Source of the DNA: Heptranchias perlo
Lineage: Eukaryota
Assembly (NCBI RefSeq): GCF_035084215.1
Contig: NC_090357.1
Location: 8,556,001-8,620,000, forward strand
DNA length: 64,000 nucleotides
Direction: 5' to 3'
Every line of letters begins with the position of its first letter. The stretch's first letter is position 1. Shown here in pieces: positions 12,280-26,764 of the stretch. A program made the position numbers and the translations under genes. The notes beneath the pieces were generated by a model. It made no database searches and was not told where the DNA came from. It saw only the letters and a program-made list of their open reading frames with translations.

Positions 12280-13992
12280 CAATCTCCCTTCTCTGCTCCC
12301 CCATTTTTACTTCCAACATCAAATGTGAGGAGCTCATGCACTTTTTTGTCTTGCAGCTCAAGACTACCTGCACAGCTGCCTCAGCCACTTCCCCCTTCTC
12401 TTCCTCAATTTCCCTCAGCTCTCCTCATATTCATGTGCCAACCAGGTACCACTCCGCAGCTTGTACCCCATCTCCCCCAACCTCATCAAGCTCATCTGCT
12501 CCATGACACCCACCTCCTACGGCCTCTTATCCCTTCCCAACCTGACTCCTCACCAAAAAACTACCTCTCCTCAGCCAATGCTTACTTACATTATCAATGG
12601 CTTTTTTTCTTCAGGCTCCATTCCACCCTCCCTTCCAGACTGCCATCACCCTCCTCTTTAAAAAGCCCATCCTCAAAACCCTCTGTTCTCCCCAAGCACC
12701 ATCCTATAACTAACCTCCTTTTCCTCTCTAAGATTCTCGAACATACCATCACCAGCCAACTCCATGCTCATGTTTCCTTTCAATCCTTTCAGTCCCGTTT
12801 CCAACCTGCCCACAACACCGAGACTGCCTCAATGAAAGTTACTAAGCACATCCTTTGTGACCGTTACTGCGATGCACGTCTATCCTTGAGCTCGCCAAAT
12901 ACTCCATCCTCCTCTGTGGCACTGCCCTTGCTTGGTACCTGTCACAATTTGGCCAGCACATTATCTGTCCTCGCACAATCGCCTCTGGTGTACCACACAA
13001 TCCCATCCTAGCCTCACAATCCCACTCTTTTCCTCATCTACATGTGATCTTTTGACAACATTATTCAGAGCATGGGATCAGCTTTAATACGTATGCTGAT
13101 GACAACAAGCTCCACCTCAAGGCCACCCTCATCAGCTCCGAGATCGCCAATGTGCTATCCCACCATTTACCCAATATCAAGCAATGGAAGAATAAGAACA
13201 TAGAACGTTGTTCAATTTTTCAGCAAGACTGAAGTTATGGTTTGTTCCCACCAAAAACTCCACACCCTAGCCCCTGATTCAATCCCCTTCCCAGCCTGCT
13301 CGCTCAGGTTGTACCTAGGTGCACATCTTCGGTGTCCTGTTTGAGTCGGAACAGAGCTTCAAACCCCACAATCTAGCCACAACCAAGCCTACCTATTTCC
13401 ATCTCCACAACATTGCCTACCTTCAACTCCTACCTCACCCCCGCTGCCATTGAAACTATCGTCGCTTTTGTCACTCCAGGCTTAGCTACTCAACACTCGC
13501 AAATTGGAAATTGTCCTGAAACTTGACACCCCCATCCTATCCCCCACAAAGTCCTGCTCACATATCATGCCTGTCCTAGCCAACTTCCACTGGCTCTCCT
13601 TCCCCCAATAATTAAAACTAAAAATCCCTGCCCTCAGCTCCAAGTCCCTCCAGGGCTTCACCCATCCCTACCTCTGAAACCTTCTTGAGCAATAAATGCC
13701 AGCATGCACCTCCATTCTTCCGATTCTCGCTTCCTTTGCAAACTCTTCATCGTGTGCCATAATTGAACAGTAACTTCAGCTGTCTTGGCCTCATAAACTG
13801 GAACGCTCTCCCTAAACCCATCTCTGCTTTCTGCCTCTCTGACCTCCTTCAAAAACTTCCTAACTATCTACCTTTATTCACCACACCTCGGGTCACATAA
13901 GTTTTCTTCCTTCCCTCATCGGTTTCCATTTTCACCTGTATGAAGCACTTTGGGACATTTTACTTCAAACACACCATATAGATGCAAATTGT
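12280..13992 (+). mobile_element. L2-clade LINE, decayed RT plus 3' end
   Basis: ORF 12325-13011 contains PITNLLFLSKILEH and FQSRFQPAHNTETASMKVT (L2 RT motifs). YADD codons tatgctgatgac near 13092. Tail gaagcactttgggacatttt..atatagatgcaa. Confidence 0.85.
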
Positions 13993-15279
13993 ATCATGTT
14001 ATATAATTCACTTGGGAATGGACCTAGATCAGTAGGAACACAATTTCCCAGCTAAAAGGTGGCAGGTTGTCTCTGCAGGTGGATGTCTTCAGCTGTGGAT
14101 GTTGAAAAGACAAAATGGGGAACCAAATGCCATCTCTACATGTCAGCTTGTAGGCTTAACATAGGTTTAATTGTGATGGTTATTTCTTTTGTTCATACCA
14201 TATCATGTAGCCCTATTTACACTAGGCCGCACAAGACGTTTAAGCTGTGAGGTATGTCTGGTAACATGAGGCAGGTTGTTTCTTCTTTGGCATCATTACA
14301 CTGACCACAACTTTTGTAGAGATAGCTCTATTTCTGTTAAGAACAGAAAGCAACAGGGCTTAATTTACTTGGTATGTTAGCTCAATATCAGAAAGATAAA
14401 AAGTGATGGACAGCATTTTGAGATTGGAAACATTTTCCACACATAAGCTAATCTGAACCTGAACTCAATGTAGCTGCTATTGCAGCATACAGTTGTACAG
14501 GGTAGTAGTTACTACAACACTCAAAAACTTCATGTCATCTGGTATGTATTAGGGTCACATCATTACATCAAATATCAACTTACTTGCTAAGAAATTCTCA
14601 AATGACTTGCTCATAGCCCTCTGCATCCTTTTCTGCTGATAATTTTGCACACTTAGCTTCAACTACCATTTTGAATTTTCACGGCTCAAATTTTAATTCA
14701 GGCTATTTATATCACTAATTTTCATCTCCTAAAAACATTTTATACGCTATTTAAAAATGAATTCTCCATTAAATAAAATATATCAAAAAGCAGCAAAGTT
14801 ACCCAGGCCTCTCACTTTTGTGGGGACTTGCACAAACATTCGCAGCATTCTGTCAGATTTTTTGAATGTCACAAGATATTGTGTCAAATTGTATAAACTA
14901 TTTAAAAATGTCAGAACAAAAATGAATTCAGTGATCAGGCCAGATACAATCTGAACTTTTGTTTCTGACTGCAACAAAAATACCAGATGAGAAATACAGA
15001 CTGGGTTTTCATTAGCTCACATGTTTGGCACCTACCAAAGACAAGTTAAACAGCACTGTATGCTATTCCACTTGAACACTTACATGATCAAATTTCAACA
15101 TCCAAGTGTAAATATAGATAAGAAAGTTATACTTATTGCCCTAAAACCAGCCATGCTGTAAAATCTAATGTGTAATTTGCACCTTCATATCTTGTGCCCT
15201 CCAAACGCAGAGGGACATGGGATTTCTCATGCAATGTTAACAGAAAAGAAACTTAATCCAACTTCTACCTTATGGTGTG

Positions 15280-15530
15280 GCAGTGACCTATATACACCAG
15301 GTGGACCCCAGGTTCAATCCATGGTCTGTACTGAGTGAAGATTAACTCAACTGGAGCAACACTGGAATGCTACAATTGCTCTGTGTTTCTGGGCTAATAG
15401 AGTTTGGGGGAAATCTAGTGTCTCCTGCTGGAAGCACATGGAAATGGACATCAGGCGAGAACAGGAATAGACTTGGCTATGATAGCATCAATGGTTAAAT
15501 AGCCCACCAAATAAGGTACCAGAGCATCAC
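15280..15530 (+). mobile_element. tRNA-derived SINE family A, decayed
   Basis: B-box-like ggttcaatcc followed by ggtctgtactgagt, gctacaattg, cctgctggaa and ggacatcaggcgagaacagga. Confidence 0.6.
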
Positions 15531-15714
15531 AACATGAATAATGCCAATAGGAAAGAATAGGTAAAGGGAGAAAAGTGGCATCATTTTTAAAAATCAGAAA
15601 ATCTAAAAGCCTAGATAACCCTGCTGCTGTGATATATTCTTTAAATACAGCATATCATGAAACATAAAACATTGTATGTTGAATGTTCCTATAACAAGAA
15701 CAGAGGTACCATCA

Positions 15715-16325
15715 GCAGGTTGCATCAAAGAGTTATTTTCTGTTATGTTGAAAGGGCATGGAGTACAAGAAATGGTAAATTTGTATAAAACATTGGTTAG
15801 GCTACAGTCAGAGTATTATATGTAGTTTTGGGTGCTCCATTATAAAAAAGACATTAAAGTCGTAGGGAGCATACAGCTTAGACTCCCTAGGATGATAGCA
15901 GGGGTGGGAAACTATAGTTAAGAGGACAGATTTGAAAAGCTGGGTCTATTCTCTGGAGCAGAGAAATCTAACAGAAGATTAAATCGAAGTTTTTTAAATT
16001 CTGAAGGGTTTTGATAAAGTAAACTGGGAAAAACTATATCCTCCGGTTGAGGAGTCAGTGACAAGGGGTCATCAATTTAAAAATCATCACTAAGGGGGCA
16101 AGGAGAGAGATAACAAAAAACGTCTTTGTGCAGAGGAACATAGAATGCTTTGCATAAACCAATGCATCTTTTAAGGGAAAATTGGGTAAATATTTGAAGC
16201 AGAGGAAAATACAGGACTTTGGGGAAGGGAGCAGGCAGATTAGTTTTGGATTGCTCTGGCACAGAGCTGGCATTGGCACGATTGGCTAAGTGGTCTCCTT
16301 TTGTGCTGTAAATGTCTATGGTTTG
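15715..16325 (+). mobile_element. CR1 LINE 3' fragment, decayed
   Basis: tataaaacattggttaggctacag, acaaggggtcatcaatttaaaatc, tttaagggaaaattgggtaaata and tail ttctcc..tgtgctgtaaatgtctatg. Confidence 0.75.
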
Positions 16326-16879
16326 ATTAGTCCTACATGGCTTCTGCTCTTCAATGAAGGTTTCTAGACCTCCACACTTCCCCCGGAACAGTGTGGTCAA
16401 CCTACATTATAAATGGCTACTGACCAAAGAGTACAGTGAAGCAAATACTGACTGCAAATGTTAAAGAAACCAGTTCTCAAAAGCCACCAGATTTAGAACT
16501 GCATCAGGGACATCCTTTATTTCCTTACCAACTAATGGTTAGTGCAGTTAGAAATCACAATGCTTTTATTTTTTTTTAATCTGTATTTTCTCTTTACTGT
16601 GAACCTGTTTTAAAAGAAAACACTGGCAGAGTGAATTAGATATTTTCAAACTCCTGCGTTGGTCCCAGGGTTTTGACATACTACAAACAAACCATTTCAA
16701 CATGCATTGACAGTAAGATCACCAGCCTCATCACGCAGATAGTGAACCTTAACCAAAGGGTGCGAGTGATGTGACCCACAAGCCACCAGAGTTCAATATA
16801 ACCCAATTTTCAAGTAATGAGCGTTGCTTTTATACGCACCATTGAAAAATATAATTTCTGAACAGTAAATGGCATATTT

Positions 16880-17070
16880 TTAATTTGTTCTTGGGATGTG
16901 GACAATGCATTTATTGCTCATCCCTAATTGTCCTGAAGTGGTCCTTCTTCTTGAACTGCTATAGTCCTTCTGGCGATGGTGCTCTAACAATGGTGTTCGG
17001 TGAGAAATTCCAGGATATTGACCCAGCAAAATATGTCCAAGTCAGGATGGCGTGCGATTTGGAGGAGGCA
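16880..17070 (-). mobile_element. HER1-like 3' tail fragment, decayed
   Basis: ttgttcttgggatgtgg..gcatttattgctcatccctaattg..ccaggatattgacccagca..ccaagtcaggatgg, as at 9090-9320. Confidence 0.65.
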
Positions 17071-18527
17071 TTCCGGAGGGCGTATTTACATTACAACAGT
17101 AATGTCAGTGTCAAGGAGTTTCACTTCAATCCGATGCCACAGCTATGGTGTAAATTCAGCCCGAGTCCAGTGTCAGAGACCGACCCGACACTGAAACAAA
17201 GTGGACTGTCACTACACCTGGAAGAGCGGGCCTCTCATTACACTTCACTTCGGAGTCAGTTCAGGCCTTCACACCTAATTTACACTCCAAATTTAACATC
17301 AACGTGAAGCAGTTTCAGCTTTGCATCAAAGCTGAGTGAGAATGCACCGTAAAATCGTTGCCTGATGCTATATTTGTTAACGATAAATTTACAATGACTT
17401 GTTTTCCATTACTGTGATACAAAATTGTTTGCAATCAATACAAAAATGGTTACGTAAACAAAAACAATATTTTTGCCTCAACATAAACAACGGTAATATT
17501 AATAAAATTCCACAATAACAGTCATTTGATGACAGATTATACACACACATTTGAATTGTATCATCTCTTCCCTCCTACTTTTCCCCATTTTTTTTATTTT
17601 TGTAAAAAAATACAGCACAAGCCTGCTAAGCTACACTGGACATCAGTAGCCTACGTTTTACTTAAAAGTTAAAACAATCTGGCAAATAAGTGAGGTTTTA
17701 TTTGGTACTTCTAAATGTTTACTTGCCAAATATTTTTTTCAGAAGTGGAAGAAATGAAGCAACGCAAGTGTTAAAACAATGGGGGTTTTTTCAGTTAAAT
17801 AGAAATAGAGAGAAAGCCCAAAAAATCAAGTTATGGAATTTAGTTTAAGATTAACAAGCCACTTCTTCTTTTACAGCCTGCTCACCCTCTGACCACAGTC
17901 ATAGTTAGCAAAGCTACAACACACAACTGTACACTTGAAAAACAAACTTCAATGGATTACTTATCTATTTCTTCTTATACTGCTAAATGTGCTAACTATG
18001 CTTGTGATCTGAATTGCTTTTCCTCGGCGCTATTTATCTCCTCAAATAGAAGGTTACTGTGCAAAGGGATAATCAAACAGCATGCTTCTGCAGCAACCTG
18101 TTGCTGTAAACTAGGTTCAGTACATTTGGTCCACATGTAGATTAGTGCAGAAGTCCCACCTATATATCCCACAAAAACTATAAACAAGAAAGAGGGTAAC
18201 TTTACAATGGAAGTTTTTTTGAACCTAGGCATGCATATACCTACATGATCAAATAATCTGTTCTTGAAAAAAGACTTTTTTTGTATGGCAGCTTGAAAAG
18301 CAACATTAAATTTCGACGTCCATGTTCATCATCAAGTCTACGGCCTCTGATGATAAAAAGAGTGAATAGAGGCTATATATCCAGGGAAGGATCATAGCGA
18401 GCAATGGTTCACAAGATGCTCCACGGTTTGGATAAGCTCTCCATAGTCACAAGTTATTGGAGAGGAAAATGGCAATCTTCATGTGGTCCTCTGTCAAGTG
18501 CTCCAGCACATACTCCTCAGACCAACG

Positions 18528-18615
18528 TATGAAAAATGACGGACAAGAAAAAACCTACTGGCCCATCCAGCCTGTCCCACACAAATGTGATGTCTTGTTC
18601 ATCACAATACATACA
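18528..18615 (-). mobile_element. 3' tail fragment of a CR1 family with long 3' UTR
   Basis: aatgacggacaagaaaaa.cctactggcccatccagcctgtccc matches 57190 and 62750. Confidence 0.6.
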
Positions 18616-19559
18616 CTCCAATGTCATCAACAGGCAAACGAATGCCAATCGACGGCCTCCCGGTCTAAAAAAGATTTATATTGAACAACAACCTGATGAT
18701 GGGTAGAAGGGAGATGATATGGCATGTAATGCAGAGAAGGGTGCAGAAGACCAGTCCAAACCTGCTGGTAGTTTATATAGTATTGCATCTAGATCAGGAT
18801 CTAAGTGAAACCCACCTCTGGAGTGGATCTGGTTTACACCAGCCCCAAGTAAGTTATATACAGAAGATCAACTATATCATGTTTCAGAGGTTAGATTTTG
18901 ACCTTCCTGATATAGTATAACCATGGCAAAACATACCCCTTCTTTGGTTAAAAAATTAATTTATACAGGGCATATTCCACACATTACTTTTCAAAGCAAA
19001 ACCACACATGGAAATTATTTTTTTGCAAATTCTTGTCAATGTCAATGTCAATGAAAATATTTTTAAACAGTAAATTGACATACGGAAGGCCTTTAATCAT
19101 AGTTTCTTCCAAACAAATTCATCATAAAAAAATGTCACAGTGCAGATTCACAAAAAACAATTTTCCTGCCTAAAATATTCCTTCCTTCCTGGCATGCACT
19201 GTTTATGCATATTTCCCTAGAAAGCAAAATATATTCAATGATGTTTCTACAGAGAATAAAATGTAATCTTTACCAGAAAAGAGACCAGTAACTTTTACTA
19301 CAGTTGGAAAACCTATCGCGCGATATTAGACATCTTGTAACAATAAACCCCACTGTGACATATAAACCACGATAATCTGATTATCACGCAAGCTATGATA
19401 AATCATTGGGAAAGCAGTTAAATCTGAATACTGAACTTTACTGAGGTGGTTGAACACATAACTCACAGTTGTAGTGTAAACTGAAGTTCCACACAATTTA
19501 AATTATTCTGTTCACTTTTTTCACATAATCTCATGTAGTGAGGAAGTCTTTTTACTTGG

Positions 19560-20510
19560 AGCAAGAAGGATTCCTTCCTACAACAATTGACATTTCTAAA
19601 GCACACCTCAAATACAGAGAAATGCTTTGCAAGGCACACAAAAAAACAGTGGATGCTGAAGAGGAATAAAGATAATAGAAAGGTTGGACGGGAGGGGGGG
19701 GGCGGGGGGCGCGGTGGTGGTCAAGGAGAAGGGTTTTTAGGAGGCTTTTGAAAGCAAGAGGGGGGTTGAGATGGTAAAACAAAATGATTCACGTTCCAGA
19801 GGACAGAGGCACAGTAGCTGAAAGAACAGCCAGCAACGCTGGAGCAGAGAAGAAGGTGTGACTTGGTTTTGGAGAAGCACAGAGTTCATGCAGGGACATA
19901 TTGAGATCACGGAGTAGGGTGGATGTGGGCCATGGAGGGATTCAAAAGCATTGACAAGGACGTGGGAATCCAGCAGATAGGCAAAGGAGTGATGGATGCT
20001 TGGGTGACGATATGGGCAGCGGCAGTCAAAATGAATTGTAACTTGTGGAGGCTGGAAATGAGAAGAGAAGCCTTTGGATGAGAACAGTGATGATTTGGGT
20101 TTTGGCAGCAGAGGATGTGAGGTAGGGATGGAGACAGAGGCGGAAAACAGTAATAGAATGGATGTGGGAAAAGAAGCATTACGGCTTGGGGTCAAGCAGC
20201 ACAGAATCATAGAAAGGTTACAGTATGGAAGGAGGCCATTCGGCCCATCAAGTCCACGCTGGCTCTATGTAAGAGCAATCCAGCTAGTCCCACTCCCCTG
20301 CCCTATCCCCATAACCCTGCATGCCAAGGTTCTGCACCTCCAGACTTAGCTGAAGTGGCAGCGAGGTTGACAAAGTCAAGACCTGAGACATGTAGGTACT
20401 GGTAACAGCTAAAAAGGACAGCTTCAGTTTTGCCAGCTCCGAAGCTAGAGGAAATTTCAGCTCATCCAGGTCTTAATATTGGCCAGGCAGTTGGAGTGTA
20501 TAGCCATAAC
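19560..20510 (-). mobile_element. L2-clade LINE 3' portion, decayed, with a CR1 tail nested at 20200-20321
   Basis: Minus ORFs give LQFILTAAAHIVTQASITP and FKSLLKTLLLD (L2 C-terminal motifs). The nested tail reads agaatcatagaaaggttacag..ggaggccattcggcccatc. Confidence 0.65.
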
Positions 20511-23500
20511 CTCAGGGTGAATGAAGCAAATACAGAGGTCAAGTTGGATATTACCAGTAGACATAAAATAAATGTCATTATTCTATTAGCACTAGGACTG
20601 TGCTAGAATTGTTCGCAAGGAATTAGTTTACACATAGTTCAGCAGTTTCTTTTTGTTTTCACATTAATCAAAATTTATAAACTGTTTTAAAAAAAAATAA
20701 TTTCACATAAATGAGGAAGATCACGAAATATAATTGGGTGGTACTTGGATGGGCAATTACAAGAAAATAATCTCAGGGGAGTTCAGATAACATCATAAAT
20801 CATGAACATAAGCTTCCATTTTTTTAAAATTGTGACATTCTCACACATCATTTTTGTAATACACTAGTGCATCATATACTGCATTGCTTGTGGGTTCTAA
20901 GCTGAGATTGGGTTGTACTCTCTCCCTGTGCAATACCCTACTCCTCTGTCTGCCCGGGCCTGTTGCTGTATCTATCCCCACTGCTGCCTCTTTGTCTTTC
21001 TTGTTCTCCCTGCGTAAGAAAAAAAAAATCTTTAAAAATCACGAGCATATGCTCTACCTATGTGCACAATTGCAGAGTCAGTGATGTCAGAGTAAGACCA
21101 GTAATGATGCAGGAGCAGCAATTGTTTCCCTGGAAACACTCAAGAGGCAAGCAGGCTGGCTCCAAATGGTACGGATTTCTGACAAAAAGAAAAAGGGCTT
21201 ACAACATTAACACTGATCCTGATTATGGACTTAAGTCCCATAGGTACTGAGTTTTGGATTTATGAGTATTGTGCAGGTTGTTGTCGTTACTGCATCAAGT
21301 GAAACCCGCAAAATTACTGCACAGCCTGCTTTTGCCAGCATTGGTCCAGAGCCCTGTCAATCAAACAGAATAAGAACACAATGATTACCACTGGCTAATA
21401 ATGCTAGAAACTGACCCTCTCAGAAGTCACATAATTACTCTTGCCTTTGAGCTTACTAGAAAATGGTGCCAGGGTCAAGTGCTTACTATTGGCCAAATGG
21501 ACTATTTGAAAGCAAAAGTGCAATACTGTAATTATTACTGGACAATAAGCTTGCTCAAACATAACCAAATTTTGTAACATTTATGTTCTCCATGCCATCA
21601 CTGAAGGACTATGTTTATGATATCCTCATAACAACATTACAAGAATTAACTCCACAGTAAGAAAATACTACATCATAATTTTTATTTGGAATACAGTCTA
21701 CTCCTCTGAATTAAAAGTTATTACTTCAAATTATTGGATAATTCAAATATTTAGCATAAAACTTGTATTTTGAATTAGCAGCAGACTATTAAATCTTTCT
21801 GAGCTGGTAATATTTTAATTGAATTTTATCATTTAAATATTGTTTCGATACATTTCTTTCACAATCTATCAAATGGTCAAAAGGAGTTGTGACATCTCCA
21901 GCCTTTATTACACTTCAAAACTCACAATACCTAGAATTCCCGCTGTGACTATTACAGGGCTTAAGGCAATGAGAATTGGACAGTAAAATAATTCCGGTAC
22001 TTAGTCTCGGATTTTCAGAAATCTACCTCAAATCAAAAAAATCAAATACTTTGAGGTCAATTTAGAAGTGTGGAAACAAACCCAGACCAATCCAAATTAA
22101 GGACGTATTTGGCATCTGCTAGCCTCATACCTGTTTTCAATAGTTCTGTCTCATTAAATGCGCCACTAAGATCCTTCTGGTCAGGCCTATGCATAGCTCA
22201 AAGTCATCACTGCACCAACATTTCCTCATAGAAGCACTACAATGTTTCATTGGCTTTCCTCCCACTTCCCTGAAATCAAAATAAAATCCTTTCTTGGCAA
22301 TACTGCTAAATGGAACTTCCATCTCAGGGGTAGGAAAAAAAAACTGACACGGGTCCTTATCCTGAATCAGGAAAGTACTTTTCAAGTAAGCCAATTACAG
22401 AGCAACTTTGACAGCAGTTGTGGGCAAGTTGAGGCTTAGGAAAATCTCCCCTCCCACCTCCAAAAAAAAACAACAGGGAAATGACAATTTCTCACTGTGC
22501 GGCTATAACAAGAAAGAAAAATATGGAAAAAAAGGAAAAATAGTTTCCTAACATTATGTAGATTGGAATATCAAGTCTGCAATGTCATTCCTGCACCAAA
22601 ATGAAAAACATCACAAGATTATGTAGTAAATTCACTACTTTGGAAACATTGATAAGACTCTCCCACAACAGAACATGGTGATTCACTTTGGGTCACTCTT
22701 GTTCATATCCTCGTAGCTGAGTACAAAGCAGCATTGGCAGAAGCCTAAGAGCAAGTCACATGCCTGCTCTCTCAGTCACAAAGTGATGTATAACCCAGGA
22801 AGGGGAAGGGCCAAATGGGGGGGGGAGACATAGTCAGTGCTTTATTGTCACAACATAATGCTATTCAAAAAAATGCCAAATGTTATAATAATGGAATACA
22901 TACATTTTGAAAACATCACAGAATGTTAAGATACAATTCAAAATTGCTTTTAAAAATAAATCCATGTTGCTAATTCCTGAAATTATCAATGGAAATAGAT
23001 CATACAAACAAAACCGAATGGAAGAAGAAACCCTATCAAGCCACAACATATTGCTAGATCACAACACTATTGTCAATCGACTAAGCAACACTCAGTAAAA
23101 CAACAAAGTTTCTATCCAGTTGCTACTTTGTTGACCTAGTTTATCCATTCACAACTAATTATTGTGGCTAAATTGATGTGCCCAGCTAATACAGCTCCAG
23201 AGTGGAAAGAATAGGTCACAAACCCTAGCTCCTAAATAAGCAATTCTCCTTCATTTTTAATGTTGGCATTTTTCAGGTTGTGCATTCAGGTTGTGCATTC
23301 AAAATAGAGATTCCACCGCTAACAGTAAAACATGGTGTATAAACAGCACCAAGAATTAATCCGCTTCTGCACTACAGTGCAGAGATTTTCACGCAAGAGA
23401 CTCTAAGATTACTAAGGTGTAAATCTATTGATGTGTGAGGACAGCACACATTAAACAATTGCTGGAAATACCCTTAGCATACAAATATAAGTGTTAGAGG

Positions 23501-25261
23501 TTAATATACAAGCTACCATCAAGCTGTAATACTATGTATAGAAAGAATCTGCGTAACCACTGTGTACACATCAGTACAGTAACTACATATCTATCACCAT
23601 GGCACAGCAGATTTTTTAAAGGGCACTTACTTCAAAAATAGGTGACTAAGAAAGACATTAACAAATCAGTTCTTTGACATTCATTGTTACTGTAAAGCAA
23701 GACACCTCTTAGTGTGTTGCAGAGTCAGATACAATACACAATAACACCAACAATTATGGTCAATGGTATTATCACCACACAATTGTAATTTTATCATTGG
23801 CTCACATCTCAATAATTTTGATAATCACAATTGCAATTTCAAAACAAAATTGGTTTGAAGAAAACAATTCTACTTCCAATATTTCAATATAAAAATGCAA
23901 AATTAATGCAGCGTATAAATAAAATAACTGATTACACTAACAGATACAAGGCTGCTCCCATGTTTGGACCTGTTAAAACACAATAAAAATCCACTTTACT
24001 GAAAAAGAGTGCTCTGTACTATAGAAACTCAGCATATAACCTATTTTAATGACAGCAGAAACCATTTTTACAAACTATGCTGCAGTATATCTGTTATTGT
24101 ATAAGGCGTGAACAGCTATGTAACTGAAATTTTCCCCTTCAATCTTTACTAAAAATATATTAATACACATGAATTGACAGATGTGCAACCTCCCCTTGTT
24201 TTGTGAGATCTGACACTAAATTTTTCTAGTAAATAAAAAAAGTTCCATTTTACTGAACAACCTACATTTAATGAGTAATTTGTCCCATACAGTGAGCCTT
24301 TACAAGAAATTTATCCATGTCAATAGTAATTTCATTCAATTTACTAGAAATAGGTAAATACTCATGTTGGCCTCCAAAAATAATAAAGTACTGTAATTAT
24401 ACTTATAATTAGATCAAGTCTTTTGAGATCATTTAATTTTAAAAAGCATTACAAAGTGTTGCAGAACTCTGCAGCAGCAATGATGATTATACCCAAATAT
24501 TATTTGAAGTAAACTATAAAAATGATTCTGTTTTGTTGAATCCTCAACGAATGTTTTCTTTTAGTACATTTCACGAAGTGAAAGAGATTGAAATTAACTG
24601 GGTGTTTAACTCAGATCAATGAGCGCAGAAGGATCATATGGTGCATTACAAGTTAGCTACTTAAAGTGTGTAGGGTCCAGGCGGAACTCTGGCCACTAAA
24701 CAGTCCCTGAAACTTCTTCAAAACTTCTTCACTCATGGAAAGAAAAAAAACACATTCACAATGGACGAGATCTGCAGCTACAAGACAGGCCGAGTTGACA
24801 GCTCCGGCCTGGCCTGACCCCCTCCGGCCGGACACTGTTATAAAGAGACTGAAGTGACATTTCCACAAACCTCTTTGACTGAACAGAGAGAGAGAGAAAC
24901 ATTAAAAAAAAGAAAACCTCTCTCCGTTGCTAATAAAATCTAAGATGAAAATGTGAGGGGAAGAGGGGAAGGGTGGGGGGGGGGAGGAAGGTGGTAAACA
25001 AGACATTTTCTCCTGACTGGACCACTTGGTCCCAATGACAGCTGTCAAACACAGACGGGGCTTTTACCCCGAAAAGACCCACGCTCCATCAAAGCGACGA
25101 ATTTCCCACCTCAGCAGCAGAGGGGGAAGAGAGTCCAAAAAAAAAACCTTCTCCACTCAGAAGTCGAGGGGGGGGGGGGAACGCACAGCGGCAAAGCGCC
25201 ATGAGAAGAGATGTAGATAGAAGTTGGAGGGTGATATTATCACTTCAGAAAAAAAAAATTA

Positions 25262-25282
25262 TGTGTGTGTGTGTGTGTGTGT
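25262..25282. repeat. (TG)n/(CA)n microsatellite about 35 nt into intron 1
   Basis: tgtgtgtgtgtgtgtgtgtgt seen directly. Confidence 0.95.
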
Positions 25283-25307
25283 ATATACATATCTGCAGGA
25301 AAAGCTA

Positions 25308-25765
<458 letters not shown>

Positions 25766-25942
25766 GCAAATGGCCTGAAGGTTATTTCTGATAAGGGCTC
25801 TTGCTTCTCAGGCAACGGTTTGAGTCTCTATTGTCTGTCTGCTGTTTGCATGACTATCATTGGGATTTTATCCGAAGGGAACATATTATGCAAGATATGC
25901 TAATGAATTTATCTTGTGAAAATTACAATGAATATGCAGCCA

Positions 25943-26155
25943 GTTGTTGTGATCTGGAATGCCCTGCCTGAAAGGGTGGTGGAAGCAGATTCCATCATAA
26001 CTTTCAAAAGGGAATTGGATAAATACTTGAAGTTGAAAGATTTGCAGGGCTGTGGGGAAAATGCAGAGGAGTGGGACTAATTGTATAGGTCTTTCAAAGA
26101 GCGGGCACGGGCATGATGGGCAGAATGGCCACCTGTACTGTATAATTCTATAATT
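25943..26155 (+). mobile_element. CR1 3' tail
   Basis: tggaatgccctgcctgaaagggtggtggaagcagattc..ttcaaaagggaattggataaatac..gatgggcagaatggcc; same family as 53505-53950. Confidence 0.85.
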
Positions 26156-26236
26156 TGTTATTCATAATTAATGTTAAGTAATCTAATAATTTTTATAATT
26201 TATCATGTATTAATCCCACTCAACACTGTAGACCTC

Positions 26237-26400
26237 AAATAAAAACAGAAAATGCTGGAAATACTCAGAAGGTCTGTCAGCATCTGTAAAGAGAAGGAAA
26301 AGGTTAATGTTTTAGGTGATGACCCACACCTGTCTTCTCACATTACAGATGCTAACAGACCTTTCATGTACTTCCTGCACTTTCTGCTTTTATTTCAGAT
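26237..26400. mobile_element. Inverted pair of Penelope-like terminal units
   Basis: Left arm aaataaaaacagaaaatgctggaaatactcagaaggtctgtcagcatctgtaa is mirrored by ttacagatgctaacagaccttt..ctttctgcttttattt. Confidence 0.65.
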
Positions 26401-26489
26401 TACTAACATTTACAGACTTTGTATCTCTCCTTCCTCCTAAAATTTTGAGGTTTTTAAAACTCCAGCTTTGTGTTACAATACAGAACTAA

Positions 26490-26764
26490 CAGCCCAGAGG
26501 ATGTGAGTTCAAATCACACTATGGCAAGTTGTGGAACTGAATTCAATAAATCTGATAATTTGTGGGATAGCACCAGAAATAACCAGGCTGTCGAATTGTC
26601 ATTAAAAATCCAGCTGGTTCACTAATGTACTTTAGGCAAGGGAACCTGCCATCATGACGCATGACTCCACACTACATGGTTGACTCAATGCCCTCAGGGC
26701 ACATGGAGATGAGCAATAAATACTGTCTTGCCAGTGTCACGCACCTCCCATGAACAAAAAAAAA
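26490..26764 (+). mobile_element. HE1-like elasmobranch SINE, decayed
   Basis: B-box gagttcaaatc, gaattcaataaatctg, ctggttcactaatgt.ctttagg, and HER1-type tail gcaataaatactgtcttgccag..cccatgaac plus A-run. Confidence 0.8.

Noticed and set aside
24955-25180. G-runs as a functional G-quadruplex element
   Set aside because: Such runs are common beside CpG-island promoters, and homopolymer lengths may be assembly-dependent; nothing specific supports function.
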